Below are positions 1 to 12,590 of a DNA stretch of 64,000 nt, piece after piece; position 1 is the stretch's first letter, and each line of letters begins with the position of its first letter. The notes under the pieces are model-generated. The model ran no database searches and had not been told where the DNA came from. It saw only the letters and a list, made by a program, of their open reading frames with translations. The translations under genes and the position numbers were made by a program. This DNA comes from Callorhinchus milii (Eukaryota): positions 82,834,001 through 82,898,000 of the forward strand of contig NW_024704742.1 in assembly GCF_018977255.1 (NCBI RefSeq), written 5' to 3'.

Positions 1-141
1 CTGCACATGTCTGAGGAATCCACATTACTCTCGCAGTTCTCTCTGCTTGATGTTTCTTGCACTGAGTGAAGTTGCTGTAGTGCAAAAAGAGCCTAGGATT
101 CCAGTGACATCATTGCACTTGCATTTTATATCTAATATAGT

Positions 142-405
142 AATAACAATCCTTTCATTTAATACAGCACCTTTGACGTGAGGAGGACGTCTCAAAGCAC
201 TTCACAGGATATACTTTAAGACTCTATATTTTGTGGACAAATGTGGCAGCCCATTTGCACACAGCGATGTCCCACAAACAGCCATTGAAGTGAATGACCA
301 ATTTTAATCTGGCTGTGTGATTATGGCCAGGGCTCCTGGAGAAACTCCCTTCTCTTTTTGAATAGTGTCATGGGATCTGTTACATCCAAGCAGATGCAAC
401 CTCAG
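142..405 (-). mobile_element. Deu-core SINE, older family, 5'-truncated
   Basis: Reverse complement carries the shared SINE tail and Deu-like blocks (GATCCCATGACACTATTC, GGCTGTTTGTGGGACATCGCTGTGTGCAAAT). Confidence 0.8.
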
Positions 406-628
406 CAGCTTTGTCACTGAGGCATATACCCCAACACAGCTTTGGAGGCTCAGTCTGGGAGTGTGTTAACTATATAAATTCAAAGTGGGTCTTAGTAAAC
501 AAACCAGCAGCTAATTTGCCTACAGCAATTTCTCATAAACAGCCATGAAGTGAATGACCATATCTGTTAAATAGTGCTGGTTGTGTTACTTTTCCATACT
601 GCATAGACTCAGACCTTAAAAGGTTAGT

Positions 629-800
629 AACAACAACAATATTACATTTGTATAGCACCTTTCATGTCGGGAGGATGTCACAAGGCGCTGGACAGTCAGT
701 GTTTTGGACCCGAGCTGGGGGTTGGGATAGGGGAGGATGGAGGGCAGGGGGGGGAGGAGGGTGATCGAAGGCACAGTCGAAGAGGAGGGTCGTGAGATGG
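629..800 (-). mobile_element. L2 LINE 3' end fragment
   Basis: (AAC)n tail and G-rich body resembling the reverse complement of the L2 3' end at 19800-19947. Confidence 0.7.
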
Positions 801-1890
801 TCCTAATACTGCACTTGCCCAGCTAGGACTGTCTGTCTGCCTGTTAGTGTTTTGGTTTGCAAAGTTGAAGACATATTTATACTTCTACATTTACCTTGGA
901 TTACAATGGCTTTGCAAGGCCCCTCTCCTCAGAGCTAGGGTAGCCCTTAGCGATCCTCTTGAGGAGGTCTTTTAACAAGGTAATCATATTATCAACCTCA
1001 GAAGGGCAAGCGGTTAAGTTGACCCGTCGGGATTTGAACCCAAAGCCTCACGTCCTGCGTCCATTGCTTGACAGAATTCAGAGCTTGAAGTGGGATGTTA
1101 CAGACATTATGGTATCACACTGTAATTTTGAACAGCATGCTGTCACTTCCTATATAGAGTATCCCAGAGAGCTGGAGGCAGTCAAAATAACTGGAAAAGA
1201 GTACAGCATTTGGTGGAATGTGGATCATTCCTGCTTGTACTGCTTCAACTTGTTGCAAAGTTATCTCCTTCATGAATTGGCTCTTTAACCACTCCTCACT
1301 CCCCCATTTCAGTTATAAAATGAAACAGAAATAGATGTGTATAATGAATGTGAGAGCTCATGTACACACCAAGCATCCAAACTACAGTCAGACAGAGGTC
1401 AGCTTGCCAGGTCTTTCTGTAGCTGTCCACATACTACCCCAAATACATGAAAATGGCCTTTATTTAAACACTCTGGCTACCCCACGTGATGAGCGCTATA
1501 TAAATGCAAACAGTTGTTGTTGTTGAATGGGTATAGCTCAGAAAGAATGCAACTTCTGTTTGTATTTCAAAAGATGCCTCTGCTGGGTGCCTAAGAAATA
1601 TTAACCAGATAAATGCACTATGAGATGTGGGGCTGCACAATGCTCACTCTGAAAAGCTTATGCTTTGATACTCGGTCAGGGGATCTCATCCGGGGAAAGT
1701 GGAAAAATAGATTGGAGAGGACAGGAGAAAATTGGGGAGAAAACCTTAGCCCGGCAGGAGGGGAACGCTTATCATTTTGTTGCTAACAGCTGCTGTTTTG
1801 GATGAATCACAGTCAACACATCGCTGTGTCCTGACTGTGCCAGTGATTTACCCTTTCACGTTCAGCTCCATCCATACTGAACAGCCAGGT

Positions 1891-2453
1891 TACTGTGTGC
1901 AGTTTTGGTCTCCTTATTTAAGGAAGAATGTACTTGCCTTGGAGGGGGTGCAGCATAGATTTACTAGGTTAGTACTAGAGATGAAGGGAATGACTTACGA
2001 GGATAGGCCGACCAATTTGGGCCTATATTCTCTAGAATATAGAAGAATTAGAGGGGATCTTATAGAAACCTATAAGATCATCAAAGGGCATGATAGAGTA
2101 GATAGTGGGAGATTGTTTTCCCTGGTTGGAGAAACTAAAACCAGGGGTCACAACCTTAAAATCAGAGGCCAGCCCTTTCGCACTGAGTTGAGGAAGAACT
2201 TCTTCACTCAAAGGGTAGTGAATGTATGGAACTCACTACCCCAAAGGGCTGTTGACGCTCAGTCCTTGAACATATTCAAGACTGAGATAGATAGACTTCT
2301 TAGTGCAAAAGGGATTAAGGGATATGGAGTTAAGGCAGGGTCAGGTTATTAGCTGGAGATAGATAAGAAGATCAGCCATGATTGAATGGCGGGGCAGGCT
2401 CGAAGGGCCGAATGGCCTACTCCTGCTCCTACATGTTATGTTAATGTTATGTT
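1891..2453 (+). mobile_element. CR1 LINE, young 5'-truncated copy (ORF2 C-terminus plus 3' UTR)
   Basis: Open frame YCVQFWSPYLRK...LGLYSLEYRRIRGDLIETYKI...TRGHNLK...FFTQRVVNVWNSLP is a typical CR1 ORF2 end. The 3' UTR has GGGCCGAATGGCCTACTCCTG and an (ATGTT)n tail; possible AGGTT target duplication at 1887 and 2454. Confidence 0.95.
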
Positions 2454-2924
2454 AGGTTTCTCCAAATGCTTGTGGTATTGCACCTGAGGTGATAATAAGT
2501 CATAAAGCTAGGAGCTTGGTGTTATATCTTCCGATTTGCTGCCATAGGGTCAGGCAGTCTGAGCCTTGGGCGGTGATGATAATGGGGAAACTTGCAGAGA
2601 GCTACTTGTGAATGAACTGAACTCCAGGATTCACCATACTGTGAGCCACGTGATGAACGGAAGTGCTTCCAGCCAGCTTTGCCTCATTTCCAAGCGCATT
2701 TCCATTTGCATTTCAGAGTTTGCTTTGTATTCTGTAAAGCTCATTCCAATATGTGCTGTAGGGAGGCTGTGCATCAACTGAACTGTACCGAGAGTGTATA
2801 TACATGATTTAATTTGTATTCTTTCTTAACGGGTTTTGATGATAAGGAATCTGGTTGGAATCTCAGTCGACCTGCTTTGGAAGTAGATTATGTGAGGTAG
2901 AATTCCCATAGGTCGGAGAGATAT

Positions 2925-3105
2925 GGTTACTCACGCCAGTCCTTGCCAGGCTCCACTGGTTCCCAATTACCAAACGGATCGATTTCAAGATCCTCTCACT
3001 CGTTTTCAAATTCCTTCATGTACTCACACCTCCCTACCTATCTGACCTGCTTACCATCCGCTCCACTACCCGCTGCCTCTGCTCGGCTGGCTCTGGCCTC
3101 CAAGA
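2925..3105 (+). mobile_element. L2 LINE ORF2 fragment
   Basis: Translates as PVLARLHWFPITKRIDFKILSLVFK, matching the L2 copy at 19500-19620. Confidence 0.8.
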
Positions 3106-3149
3106 TGCAATCCACAATCTGTATTTTCTGTTTTGTTTTAAAAATGCTC

Positions 3150-3330
3150 AAAATAATCGGTGTATTTGATACAGCACTTGATCAAGTTGTTGAGACATCT
3201 CAAAGCGTTTCACAGGAGAATGTTGTAACTGTATATTTTGTAGGCGAACCCAGCTGCCAATTTGCACTCGACAATGTCTCACAAACAGCTATCAAGCGAG
3301 TGACCAATTTTATGTGGGGGATTGTTGGCA
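3150..3330 (-). mobile_element. Deu-core SINE 3' fragment
   Basis: Reverse complement of the shared tail and Deu 3' block. Confidence 0.7.
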
Positions 3331-5470
3331 AACGCAGTTTTCAAGTGAGACTAGGAACAGTTGATCGCTATGATACCATCACCCTTTCCGCTTTTCAACC
3401 TAGTATGTTCTGGTATTGCTCGTGCCAAACAGAAGGTGGTGATGCCATGATCTTGCTCAGTCAGAATTACTTTTGCATAAGGAAGAGATTCGTCGCCTAA
3501 ATCTCCAGTTTTAAATATTCCGATTCCAGTGCAGCACGAGTCAACAGGATAAAATCATTCTGGAATTGAACTCAGTCATCAATAGGCACTATAATAAGCT
3601 GTCCTTCAGGGAAAGCACAAAGGACCTGCATAACAATGATTGCATTCCATTAAACAATCAAAAATAATATAAATGGACTCAAATATGCTAAATATTGCAT
3701 CTATACACATGATTATATATTTTTAACCGAATAAAATAATTATCCCGTGTGTTTAACAGAAGTTTAATAGAATCTTTGCCAAATTAGTATTAAAATCATT
3801 GCTGTGTTGATTGCCCCAGGTCAGGTTTATGTAACAATGGAATCTGTTGAATTACATATTTTTTTGTTTTGTGGTCAGAATTCAAATGCGCTAAATTTAT
3901 GTGTGTAGAATGCATGCTCAGTGTACCCGATTACCTCTGCCCAAGATGCAACCATGACATTAAACAGGGAGAGATAGGCATTTTCAAAACAAAAGGAGGC
4001 CATTCGACCCATCAAGGCTCTGCCATTGTTGTCCCTTTGTTTTTCAGGCACTTTTGTTTTTAGTTAATCTCACTTAAAGGGCCCTACAGCAGTCCAGTGA
4101 TTTCTTTTTTTTAATGGAACCTCAATCCTATGGATGGTCTGATAATATAGGTTCATGCTTAATTTGTAACCAGTGTCGCTGTACAGCTTCCTGTTTGACT
4201 TCGCCCCCACTCCACCTGTGTTGCCATTGTGTCAGCAGATTTATGCTACTTTCTGTAACATTGCCTGCTTGCCCCATTGCCCAGTTCATTCTACTGCACA
4301 AACTGAGACATGAAAGGTCTATTGCAGAAGTTTGCTTTGCCTCTAGTATAACATCTGCTGCAATGTGAAGGTTCCCCAGTTCCCCAGTTACCGACATGCA
4401 GCACTTTGTCGAGCAGAAGACCATCCAGTGCGTCAATAACACTGTTGAAATCGCTGTTCTTTCCGGTTGTTTGAGTCGCTGAGAAATTACCTGTAGCAGT
4501 CAGATGAAAGCTGCGGTGAGATTGATGAGAAAGCATGTGAAGCACCAGATTTATGCCAGTGCCACGCTAGCTGCTTTCAGAAGTATTCATAACACCTGCT
4601 AATACTTGTACCCTCGTTCAGTTGAGATGTAAAACTAAGGTACCGTCAGTCTGTCTGTGTGAACGTTAAAGATCCAATGACATCATCGAGTTTCTCCGAG
4701 CCAACAATCATCCAGATACATTGGACACTCACCTCACGTGTGTCTGCCTTGTTCCCCGTTAGTCTGCACTGTGGGACCACTTGTCCTCATCAAACCCCGA
4801 TCCTCATGCTCTCTTCCTGTTGCCAGTCTCTCCTGCTACCTGTCTTGTCAGTGATATTGCCAGTTCCTGGCAGTCCAGGATTTTGCTTTGTACAAAATGG
4901 CTTCTGCATTTACCTGCAAAAACATTGACTGCACTTGGCAGGAATTACCTACAGAGCATGTTGCGATGTTTTAATGTGATAAGATGCTATAACAATGCAA
5001 GCTTCTTTAGTAAGAACTGCTTTAAGATCACACAAGCCCTGTGGTAGGTTTTAATAATTTACTGCAATGAAACACAATGGGACATCATTTCCAGTGTTCC
5101 TTAACCCTTTCCCGGTGTTAATGAGCACAAGGACCGCTTTTAAAGAATATTGGCTAATGCGTTTATTGGTTAGCGTTGGAGTGAAGGCTCCCTCACTAAC
5201 CTTGGTGTTAAACTCGGTGTTCTGTCCTTTCAATTTTCCACCTCAGCTGCCAGCAGCCCTGTGTAAAACATTGGTAGAGCAGCACCAATGTCAAGCTCCG
5301 TATTTAGGGGCTGGGCATTCCTACGGTATTGAAAGAGTCGGTTTCTTCTTTTCTTTAACTGGTGGCTGATTGGGTAGGAGTAGCTGCTTACAGCTAACGG
5401 AGACGATGGGATAAGGCTGCCGATGTTCCTGTGCATCCCTCAATTGCATGGCGAAGGGTTTCTGCATGTC

Positions 5471-5830
5471 GAGTCCTGTCGCTCAGTGGTTAGAGCACTT
5501 GCCTCGCAAGCGAGAGACCTGGGTTCGATTCCCGGCAGGGCAAAATATTGGGCAAGTTTTCTTACTCCACAGGCTTAGCTTACCAGTAAGTAGGAACCCG
5601 GTTGTTAGTTGATCAGCAGATCGCTTTTCTGGGGGTAACAATTCTTTTTGAACAGAAAATTGTTCACTTCAATTCATGACTGTTTGTGGGACACTGCTGT
5701 GCACAATTGGCTGCTGCGTTTCACCCACAAAATATACAGTCAAATCACCTTACAGTATTTTCTGTGAAGCACTTCAAGACGTCTTAAAGACGTGATAAGA
5801 ACCAATATCAAATACAAGGATTATTATTAT
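5471..5830 (+). mobile_element. Young tRNA-Ala-derived SINE, long form, full length
   Basis: tRNA-like head with A box (GCTCAGTGG) and B box (GGTTCGATTCC), anticodon-position CGC, CORE-like block, Deu 3' block, L2-like tail ending in (TTA)n. Confidence 0.9.
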
Positions 5831-6788
5831 GTGTTGGAAACCCAGCTACTCCCCTCCACCAAAAAAAAGCAGAAAAATGAAAACAAGAAATATGGTGGAA
5901 GAATATGATAAATTTTAGCCGCATTGTTTCAGTGGTGGACAGTTTAAATCACTGGTGGGAATAACTTGGTCAGTGTTTCTTGAGCAGTGCTCACTGGTGA
6001 GATATGTGAATGTATATATATATACAATATATATAGAATGTTGTATCGACAGAGACACCTATTGTTAGTGTCTTTGTTGGTACAACTCCAATCGTTCCCG
6101 TGTGTATAAATCTATGTGCCTTTGGATCCATGTTATTGGATACTAAATACTATTATTATTTATTATATGTCAAATGACTTTGTTGAGTAAGGTTATGAAC
6201 ATTTACTCTTGATCAGGATTACTTCATGTTCCAATACTGTCTTTAACTCAGAAAATTGATTTCTTTACAATGATTGGAATTCTTTGCCAAGCAAAAATGT
6301 GACTAGATTAGAAGGTTTAGTCTGAGTTTAATCAAATCCAACTGCGATATTAATTTTGTCTCAGCGACTCCCAATGTAACATTTGAAACGTGTAAATAAT
6401 GAGATCTCGGTTTCTGTTCTGATTTTCATCCTGGTGTACTGAAAACTTTTCCAATCACTCAAATGAGATCATCTTCTGTGAAGATGGGGGTCCTGTAAAG
6501 TTCATATCTTCATCAGGTACTGCAGTGGCTGGCACACTGTCCATCCGCGAGGAATTGTTCTCCCTGCTCACTGCTCTCGGTCAGGTCTGTCAGCTCCAGA
6601 TGCTAATTTATGTAGCACAGCTCTGTAAAAGCCTGAATGGGAGACAACAGAGTATGAGCTTCTTCTTCCTTTATTAACTGGCATAATTTAGGAAACAGCT
6701 TGATGCTGTAATGGAAGGGCAGTAGCGTGGCATTCTGGAAAGGCAAGATCTGATGGGTTGAAGGGCCTTCTTCATCCAAACCAATCTT

Positions 6789-7000
6789 AATAATGATAAT
6801 CTTTACATTTGGTACAGTGTAACTATTGATGTTGGGAGGCTGTCACAAAACGCTTCACAGGATATAATGTAAAATGTAGTGACCGTGTATTTTGTAGGCG
6901 AACGAGGCAGCCAATCCACTTTGCAGTATATTCTGTGAAACGCTTTGAGATGTCTCAGCGATGTGATAAGATGCTATAAAATGCAAGGATTCTTATTATT
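6789..7000. mobile_element. Two SINE tail fragments fused head-to-head (minus 6789-6915, plus 6916-7000)
   Basis: Both halves match the SINE tail in opposite orientations. Confidence 0.75.
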
Positions 7001-7243
7001 AGAAGGGCAGGGCAATGGGATTGAATGAACAGCTTGCTCTTAGAGCTGGTGCAGACTCAAAAAGGGCTGAATGGCCTCCAGCTGCTCTGTAAATTTCTGA
7101 TTCTAATTCATTATTTAATAAAATAATCTGGTGTTGCAGTTTCTGTATTTCGTCTTAGGATCTGTTGAGTATTTTGACAGCAAGAATGAAGGGTTTAAAA
7201 CTGCACATGAACATAGAAGACCATTTTCCTAAGAGACAATCGC

Positions 7244-7359
7244 TAATAATAATAATAATCCTTGTATTTGATATAGCGCTTTTTCACATCTTCTAGATGT
7301 CTCAAAGCACTTCACAGAATATGCTAAAAGTGAATTGACTGTATATTTGTGGGCGAAAC
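7244..7359 (-). mobile_element. SINE tail-only copy (~115 nt)
   Basis: (AAT)n-CCTTGTATTTGATATAGCGC...TTTGTGGGCGAAAC, after which homology stops. Confidence 0.85.
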
Positions 7360-7449
7360 TAGTTGGGACAGGGGAGTCCGAGATGTCATTCTCGTGATTC
7401 CTGGGATTGCAGTCAGACAACAGCAGCAGTAAGGTTTCGCTGGAGGTTT

Positions 7450-7850
7450 TTAAGAGGAGACCTAAAAGAGATGTTTACAATTATTAAGGGTTCAATAAGG
7501 TTAGCATAATTAAGTTGTTCCCACTGAATGGGGTGGGGGTGGGGGGTTTGTATCCAGGGGGACACAAGTATCAGATTGCGACTGAGGGATCCAAAATAGA
7601 ATTTAGGAGGAATTACTTCATGCAAAAGGTGATGAGATGTGGAACTCGCTGCCCGAAGCAATGGTAGAAGCAGAGAATATCTATGTGTTTAAGAGGTAAC
7701 TAGAAATACAACATGAAGGAAAAGAGAATAGAAGGGTACGGGAGAGCGTAAGAAATGGGTGGAGTTTCAGGTGGAGTACAAACACTGGCACTGACTGGTT
7801 GGTCCGAATAGCCTTTTTCCATGCTGTACAATCTATGTAAATCTACGTAA
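7450..7850 (+). mobile_element. CR1 LINE 3' fragment, decayed
   Basis: LRGDLKEMFTIIKG...FRRNYF...WNSLPEAMVEA, followed by a CR1-type 3' UTR and short tandem tail. Confidence 0.85.
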
Positions 7851-8428
7851 AGCAGATGGGGCTTTTCTAACATGTTCCAACACCTCTTGTCGAGGTGATG
7901 GTTAACAATTCAGGTAGAGTTTCAGCAACGAGACTGTTGAGTACAGACTTGCACAGGCAGGAGAGGGAGCTTGTGAAGCTTTGCTACAGATACACACCGC
8001 AGATGGTTCCTGCTAATGTTAAGGTGCAGCACAAGCAGCTCTTGTGTTACTGGCACACGCACAAATACATACACGCACACACACAGGCCTGCTGCCAGTT
8101 GGCTACCATCTCTTGTGGTGTGGTCCCAATTATAATCTTGTGGAGGACACACAGACTGGCCACATCCCTCTGATAATGTAGAGGTTACATTTGCAGTTTT
8201 GGACTGTATTGAGTCTAATCACAGGAGCCAAATTTTCTCAGGAGGGCATATCGGCTGCATATAACAATTCCGCTGTAAGCAGAGATTTATTTTCATGAAG
8301 GTTTTTCCAGTCAGCTCTCTGTATTTCCTAGCTTCTTTGCCAGTTTGTTCGTACACCATTTTTTGATGGCTACTGCTCCTCCAACATTTGGTATAATACT
8401 TTCACATTGAGAGGATGTCCCAAAGCAT

Positions 8429-8832
8429 TCAGTTGGCAGCACTTTTGCCTCTTTAAGTCAGAAGGTTGTGAGTTCAAGCCCCGCCTTGAGACTTTGAACT
8501 CACATAGTCCAGGCTAACACTAATGCTATAGCATTATTGTAGTACCGTCCCTGTGGTGAGAAGATAAACCAAGGTTCTGTCTGCCTGTACAGGTGATCCC
8601 ATGGCATTATTCGAAAGGAGAAGGGAGTTTCTTCAGCTATGCTGGCCACAATCCTCCTCCCCTCAATAAAATGATTATTCACTTCATGGCTGTTTGTGGG
8701 ACATTGCTGTGTGCAAATTCCTGCCATAATCACCTACAAAATGCACAGTCACTACAGCTTACAGCAAATCCTGTGAAGCACGTTGAGATGTATTCCTTAC
8801 GTGAAAGACAGTATCAAATATAAAGATTATTT
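8429..8832 (+). mobile_element. Deu-core SINE, near full length
   Basis: Head GTCAGAAGGTTGTGAGTTCAAGCCCC, Deu core GATCCCATGGCATTATTCGAA, shared tail. Confidence 0.85.
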
Positions 8833-11170
8833 TTTAATTGAATGGTGACCATGTTACTGAACACTCTCGAAAGAACACCAGAAGAAGTAAGCACCACTAT
8901 GAGAGAAGAAGAGGAGAAATTAGAAATTCAATCAACAACTGTGTTGTCTTGCGAGATCTCAACCCACCTAATGGATATATGAAACTGTGGCTGCTTTGAG
9001 TATACCTTTATCATTAAAATTGATCATGAAAAATTAACTCCTCTGAACTCTGAATGCTCCTAACTGGGGCTGTTCAATGTGTGAGGTAATAGATGCTGAG
9101 ATCAGTAGATTAAGATAACGCACATCTGAACTCCATAACAATAACAGATTTCTGATTTGCTTGGATTTTGCCCATGACATCAGCTCCCACCTCTTCCTTA
9201 TAGCACCTGCACCTGCACTCCTCAAAGGGCATTGCTGATCAGCGACTGGTCTGCGGTCAACGATAAGCACCTAAACAGTCTCACCATTATTCTCATTCAA
9301 AGCACAAGCAGTTTCTCTTTGCAGTCCCCCGTTCCCCCTTTTCTTGTCTACAAATCCCAATCCAGACAGTACATTTAAATTCAAAAGGCACCAGTGCTTA
9401 CCCACCCCCTATATTCCAGGTTAATACCCCAGCATATTAACTACATTCAGCCCACTGCCAAGTTTAACCTGAGCTGGCAGCGGTTTTAAATAGACTGTTC
9501 ATTTTTTTATATATAAAAACAATGCATTTGTTTTAAGTGCTTTCTATCTGTGCGTTATTTTGTTTGGACCTGAATTTGCTGAATAAATTATGAAGCAGGG
9601 CAAAGGTTTGCACACTGGTTGTTCTTAACGTGCAGTGTTTAAACATGAACAAAAATCTTAATTTAAAAGTAATATTTCTTGGCAAACAAAGCTACACCTT
9701 TATTGGGATTTGAGCTTGACAGCTGGAATGGGGATACGGTGTTTGTGAAGATTCAACAGATGTTAATAAAAGGTCAGATTTGCTACCAGCATATCAACCA
9801 ATGCACACCAGCCAGATGCAGTGTAAAACACTGTCACCGTGAAATCTGATGCCTTTTCACTGGTTATCATCTCTATTGGTGTACAGCACAGGCAACCGAT
9901 ATGACATTAATTAATTCAGACTTAATCATTTTCAGATTACCCGTGAATGCCTAGTCCTGTCTCTTTTGTATGTGCTATTAAAAGCGAAAAATAACAGCCT
10001 GCTGGAATAAGTATCATTTCCTTGGCCTCATCGTTTGTTAGATATGAATTTGACCTTTTTTTATGAACAACAGGAGCCAAGTCTGCTCTGGTGGTTTCCA
10101 TAGCTTATCTGCTGATCACAGAGCCACAGTCAGCTGCCCCTCTGAGCGAGGGTCTAGCCTTTGTGTCTCCAAGCACAATTACAGACCTGGTTATCACCTT
10201 CCCTGACTTAGTGAAAGAAATGTGATTTGAGGAACAGAGGATTATCTTTCTGGCTTTGTACTTGGGAATTGTATTTCCGTAGGGCACGCTTCTCCCACTG
10301 GATTTCCATTCCCCGTTTTAATTTCACATTTGTCGAAATCGGTTTAAATTCCAAGGAAATGTTGCTAATGCTTCCTTGCTGATTACAGATAATGCCTTGC
10401 ACTGATATAGGGACAAAATCCGAATTTCAAGGCCTTCATAGTCCATTTTAGATGAGAGTGCAAAATATGAATCAAAATTCTGTTTGAACAGTAAATCTTC
10501 TCACTTCCAATATTCTGACATTTTCATGTAAGAATTATACACTCATTTATCTCCCCTTAAAAATCTTATGACATTTGTTTTTTAAATCAAGTCCTGACTA
10601 CATTTTTTAAAAATATCATAAGCACTAAACCTGCCTGCAAGCTGTTTTATTTAATATTTTAAGGAATGAGCTTTCAAAGATACATACTATGTTTCTTCAT
10701 TTTTCAGCTGCATGCCATGAATACATTATCCATTTTAGGGTGAGCTCCTACTTATGCAGCAAACTCCTGCTTCTTTGAAAAGTCTCCAGGCTGAAGTCTC
10801 AACCACAAAGCAAATACAGTATAAGGGGAAACATTTCACCTAGGTCAAGCTGTGCTCTATTTAATAATAGTAATCCTTTCATTTTGTAAAGCACCTGTCA
10901 TGTCACAAGGATGTCCCAAAATGCTTCACAGGATATACTATAAAGTACAGTGAGTTTTTTTGAATGAATATATAGTATTTAATTTAGAGTATTCAGATTT
11001 TGGTAAATTGTTGAATTCACTCTTAACTTTGAAGTCAGTTTTTTGTAGTTCTTAAAAAAGAAATTTACAGAAAAACGGCTTCAAAATCAGTTTAAGAATT
11101 TGCAGGATATATCTAAAATAATACATAAACAGAGTCAATCCAGAAATATCTCCCTCAATACTATTTGTAT

Positions 11171-11408
11171 CGCCCAAATATTGTATGTATCTTATCCTAA
11201 CATACATAGTCAATTTGTCTTAAAATTTAAGGTTGTACAGAATTGTGGAAAATTTCTTAACTTTGGAAGCCATTTATTTTGCGAAGTCTTAATAAGAAAA
11301 CATGTTTCCAAATTCAGATTGGCATTGCAGAACTTTGCAAATTTGACATGAACTGAAATGCTGAGAATAAGAGTTCTTAGAGGCTAAAACTAGGTGGAAT
11401 TTCAGGCC
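11171..11408. mobile_element. Palindromic MITE copy
   Basis: Ends in AGGCTAAAACTAGGTGGAATTTCAGGCC; internal AAAATTTAAGGT...CAGAATTGTGGAAAATT is shared with other copies. Confidence 0.7.
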
Positions 11409-12178
11409 TGGGGTGAAGACATTGTGAGAAATTGCTGTGTTGTCCCCACTGCTATGGGTCAAATATCCCACCAACAGTGCAGGGGTAAGAAAGTGTGCAT
11501 CCGTAGCCTTAAGCCTTATGTGGCAGCAGGTAATTTTCACAAGGATTTGACAGAGAAAATGATAATCGGAAATTGTGTTTTATTTTCACTGCCTTTTCAC
11601 AGCTTCGTGTTTCCCATTTTTAGTTTTCAGCTTGCCGCCTCTTTAGGTTTCTTCAGAAATAAGTGGATGAAGCTCGTGTGTCATGGGGATTATGAAGAGT
11701 TTGATTTTCACTATTTTGTACCATTAAAGAGCTTGTGTGTAGCTCTTTTATTGCTGGCTGGGCTCCACTTTCATCTATTTAAGTCACACAGCCTTTAGTA
11801 TACAGAGTCTCACCGCATGCTAACGTCACTCCAAATCTGGAGAACGAAAGTACAATAAGTCAATAAGAGCCTGTTCCATCCTGGAAGTATATTCACAGTA
11901 AATCCTAGTGTCCATGGATAGAACATTGCAGTGCTGGATGTGTAAAGCTCATTAGCACGTTTGACATTATCTGTCAGATAGATGACCTCCATTTGTGTGA
12001 GGAGCATGATTCTAAATGCAATTTTTATTGAATTGAAAATAAGCCCTTTTAATTTTCAAAGCAAGGACCCGAGTGTTATTGTTGTGAGCCAGTTTGAACA
12101 TACCCAGTGCTCTGTGGGAAAAATAATTTGAATTACATTATAAAGTACATCATATTTATTCCATTTTAAAAAAAATAA

Positions 12179-12590
12179 TGTCAGCCTGGCTCAATTGGTA
12201 GCACTATCGTTTCTGAGTCAGAAGGTTGTGGTTTAAAATCATATAGTCTAGAATAACACTCCAATGCTTGGGGAATGCTGCATTGTTCAAGGTGCTTTTC
12301 TTCAGATGAGATATTAAATTGAGGTCCTATCTGCCTGTTGAGGTGAATGTTAAAGATCCTATGATACTATTTGAAAAGAGAAGGGTGTTTCTCCCAGTTT
12401 CCTAGCCAACAACCTCCCAGATAAAATTGATCATTCACCTCATGTTTGTTTGTTGGACATAGCTGTGTGCAAATTAGCTGCTGTGTTTGCCTACAAAATA
12501 TACAGTCACTAAACCTTACTGTAATTCTTGTGAAGTACTTTCAGACATCCTCCTTGTGTGAACGGCACTATATCAAATACAAAGATTATT
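12179..12590 (+). mobile_element. Deu-core SINE, full length
   Basis: Head GTCAGCCTGGCTCAATTGGTAGCACT...CTGAGTCAGAAGGTTGTGG, complete Deu core and tail. Confidence 0.85.

Noticed and set aside
1777..2352. 191-aa ORF as a host gene
   Set aside because: It is a CR1 ORF2 C-terminus with a chance in-frame upstream extension from a non-ATG start; a truncated retrocopy.
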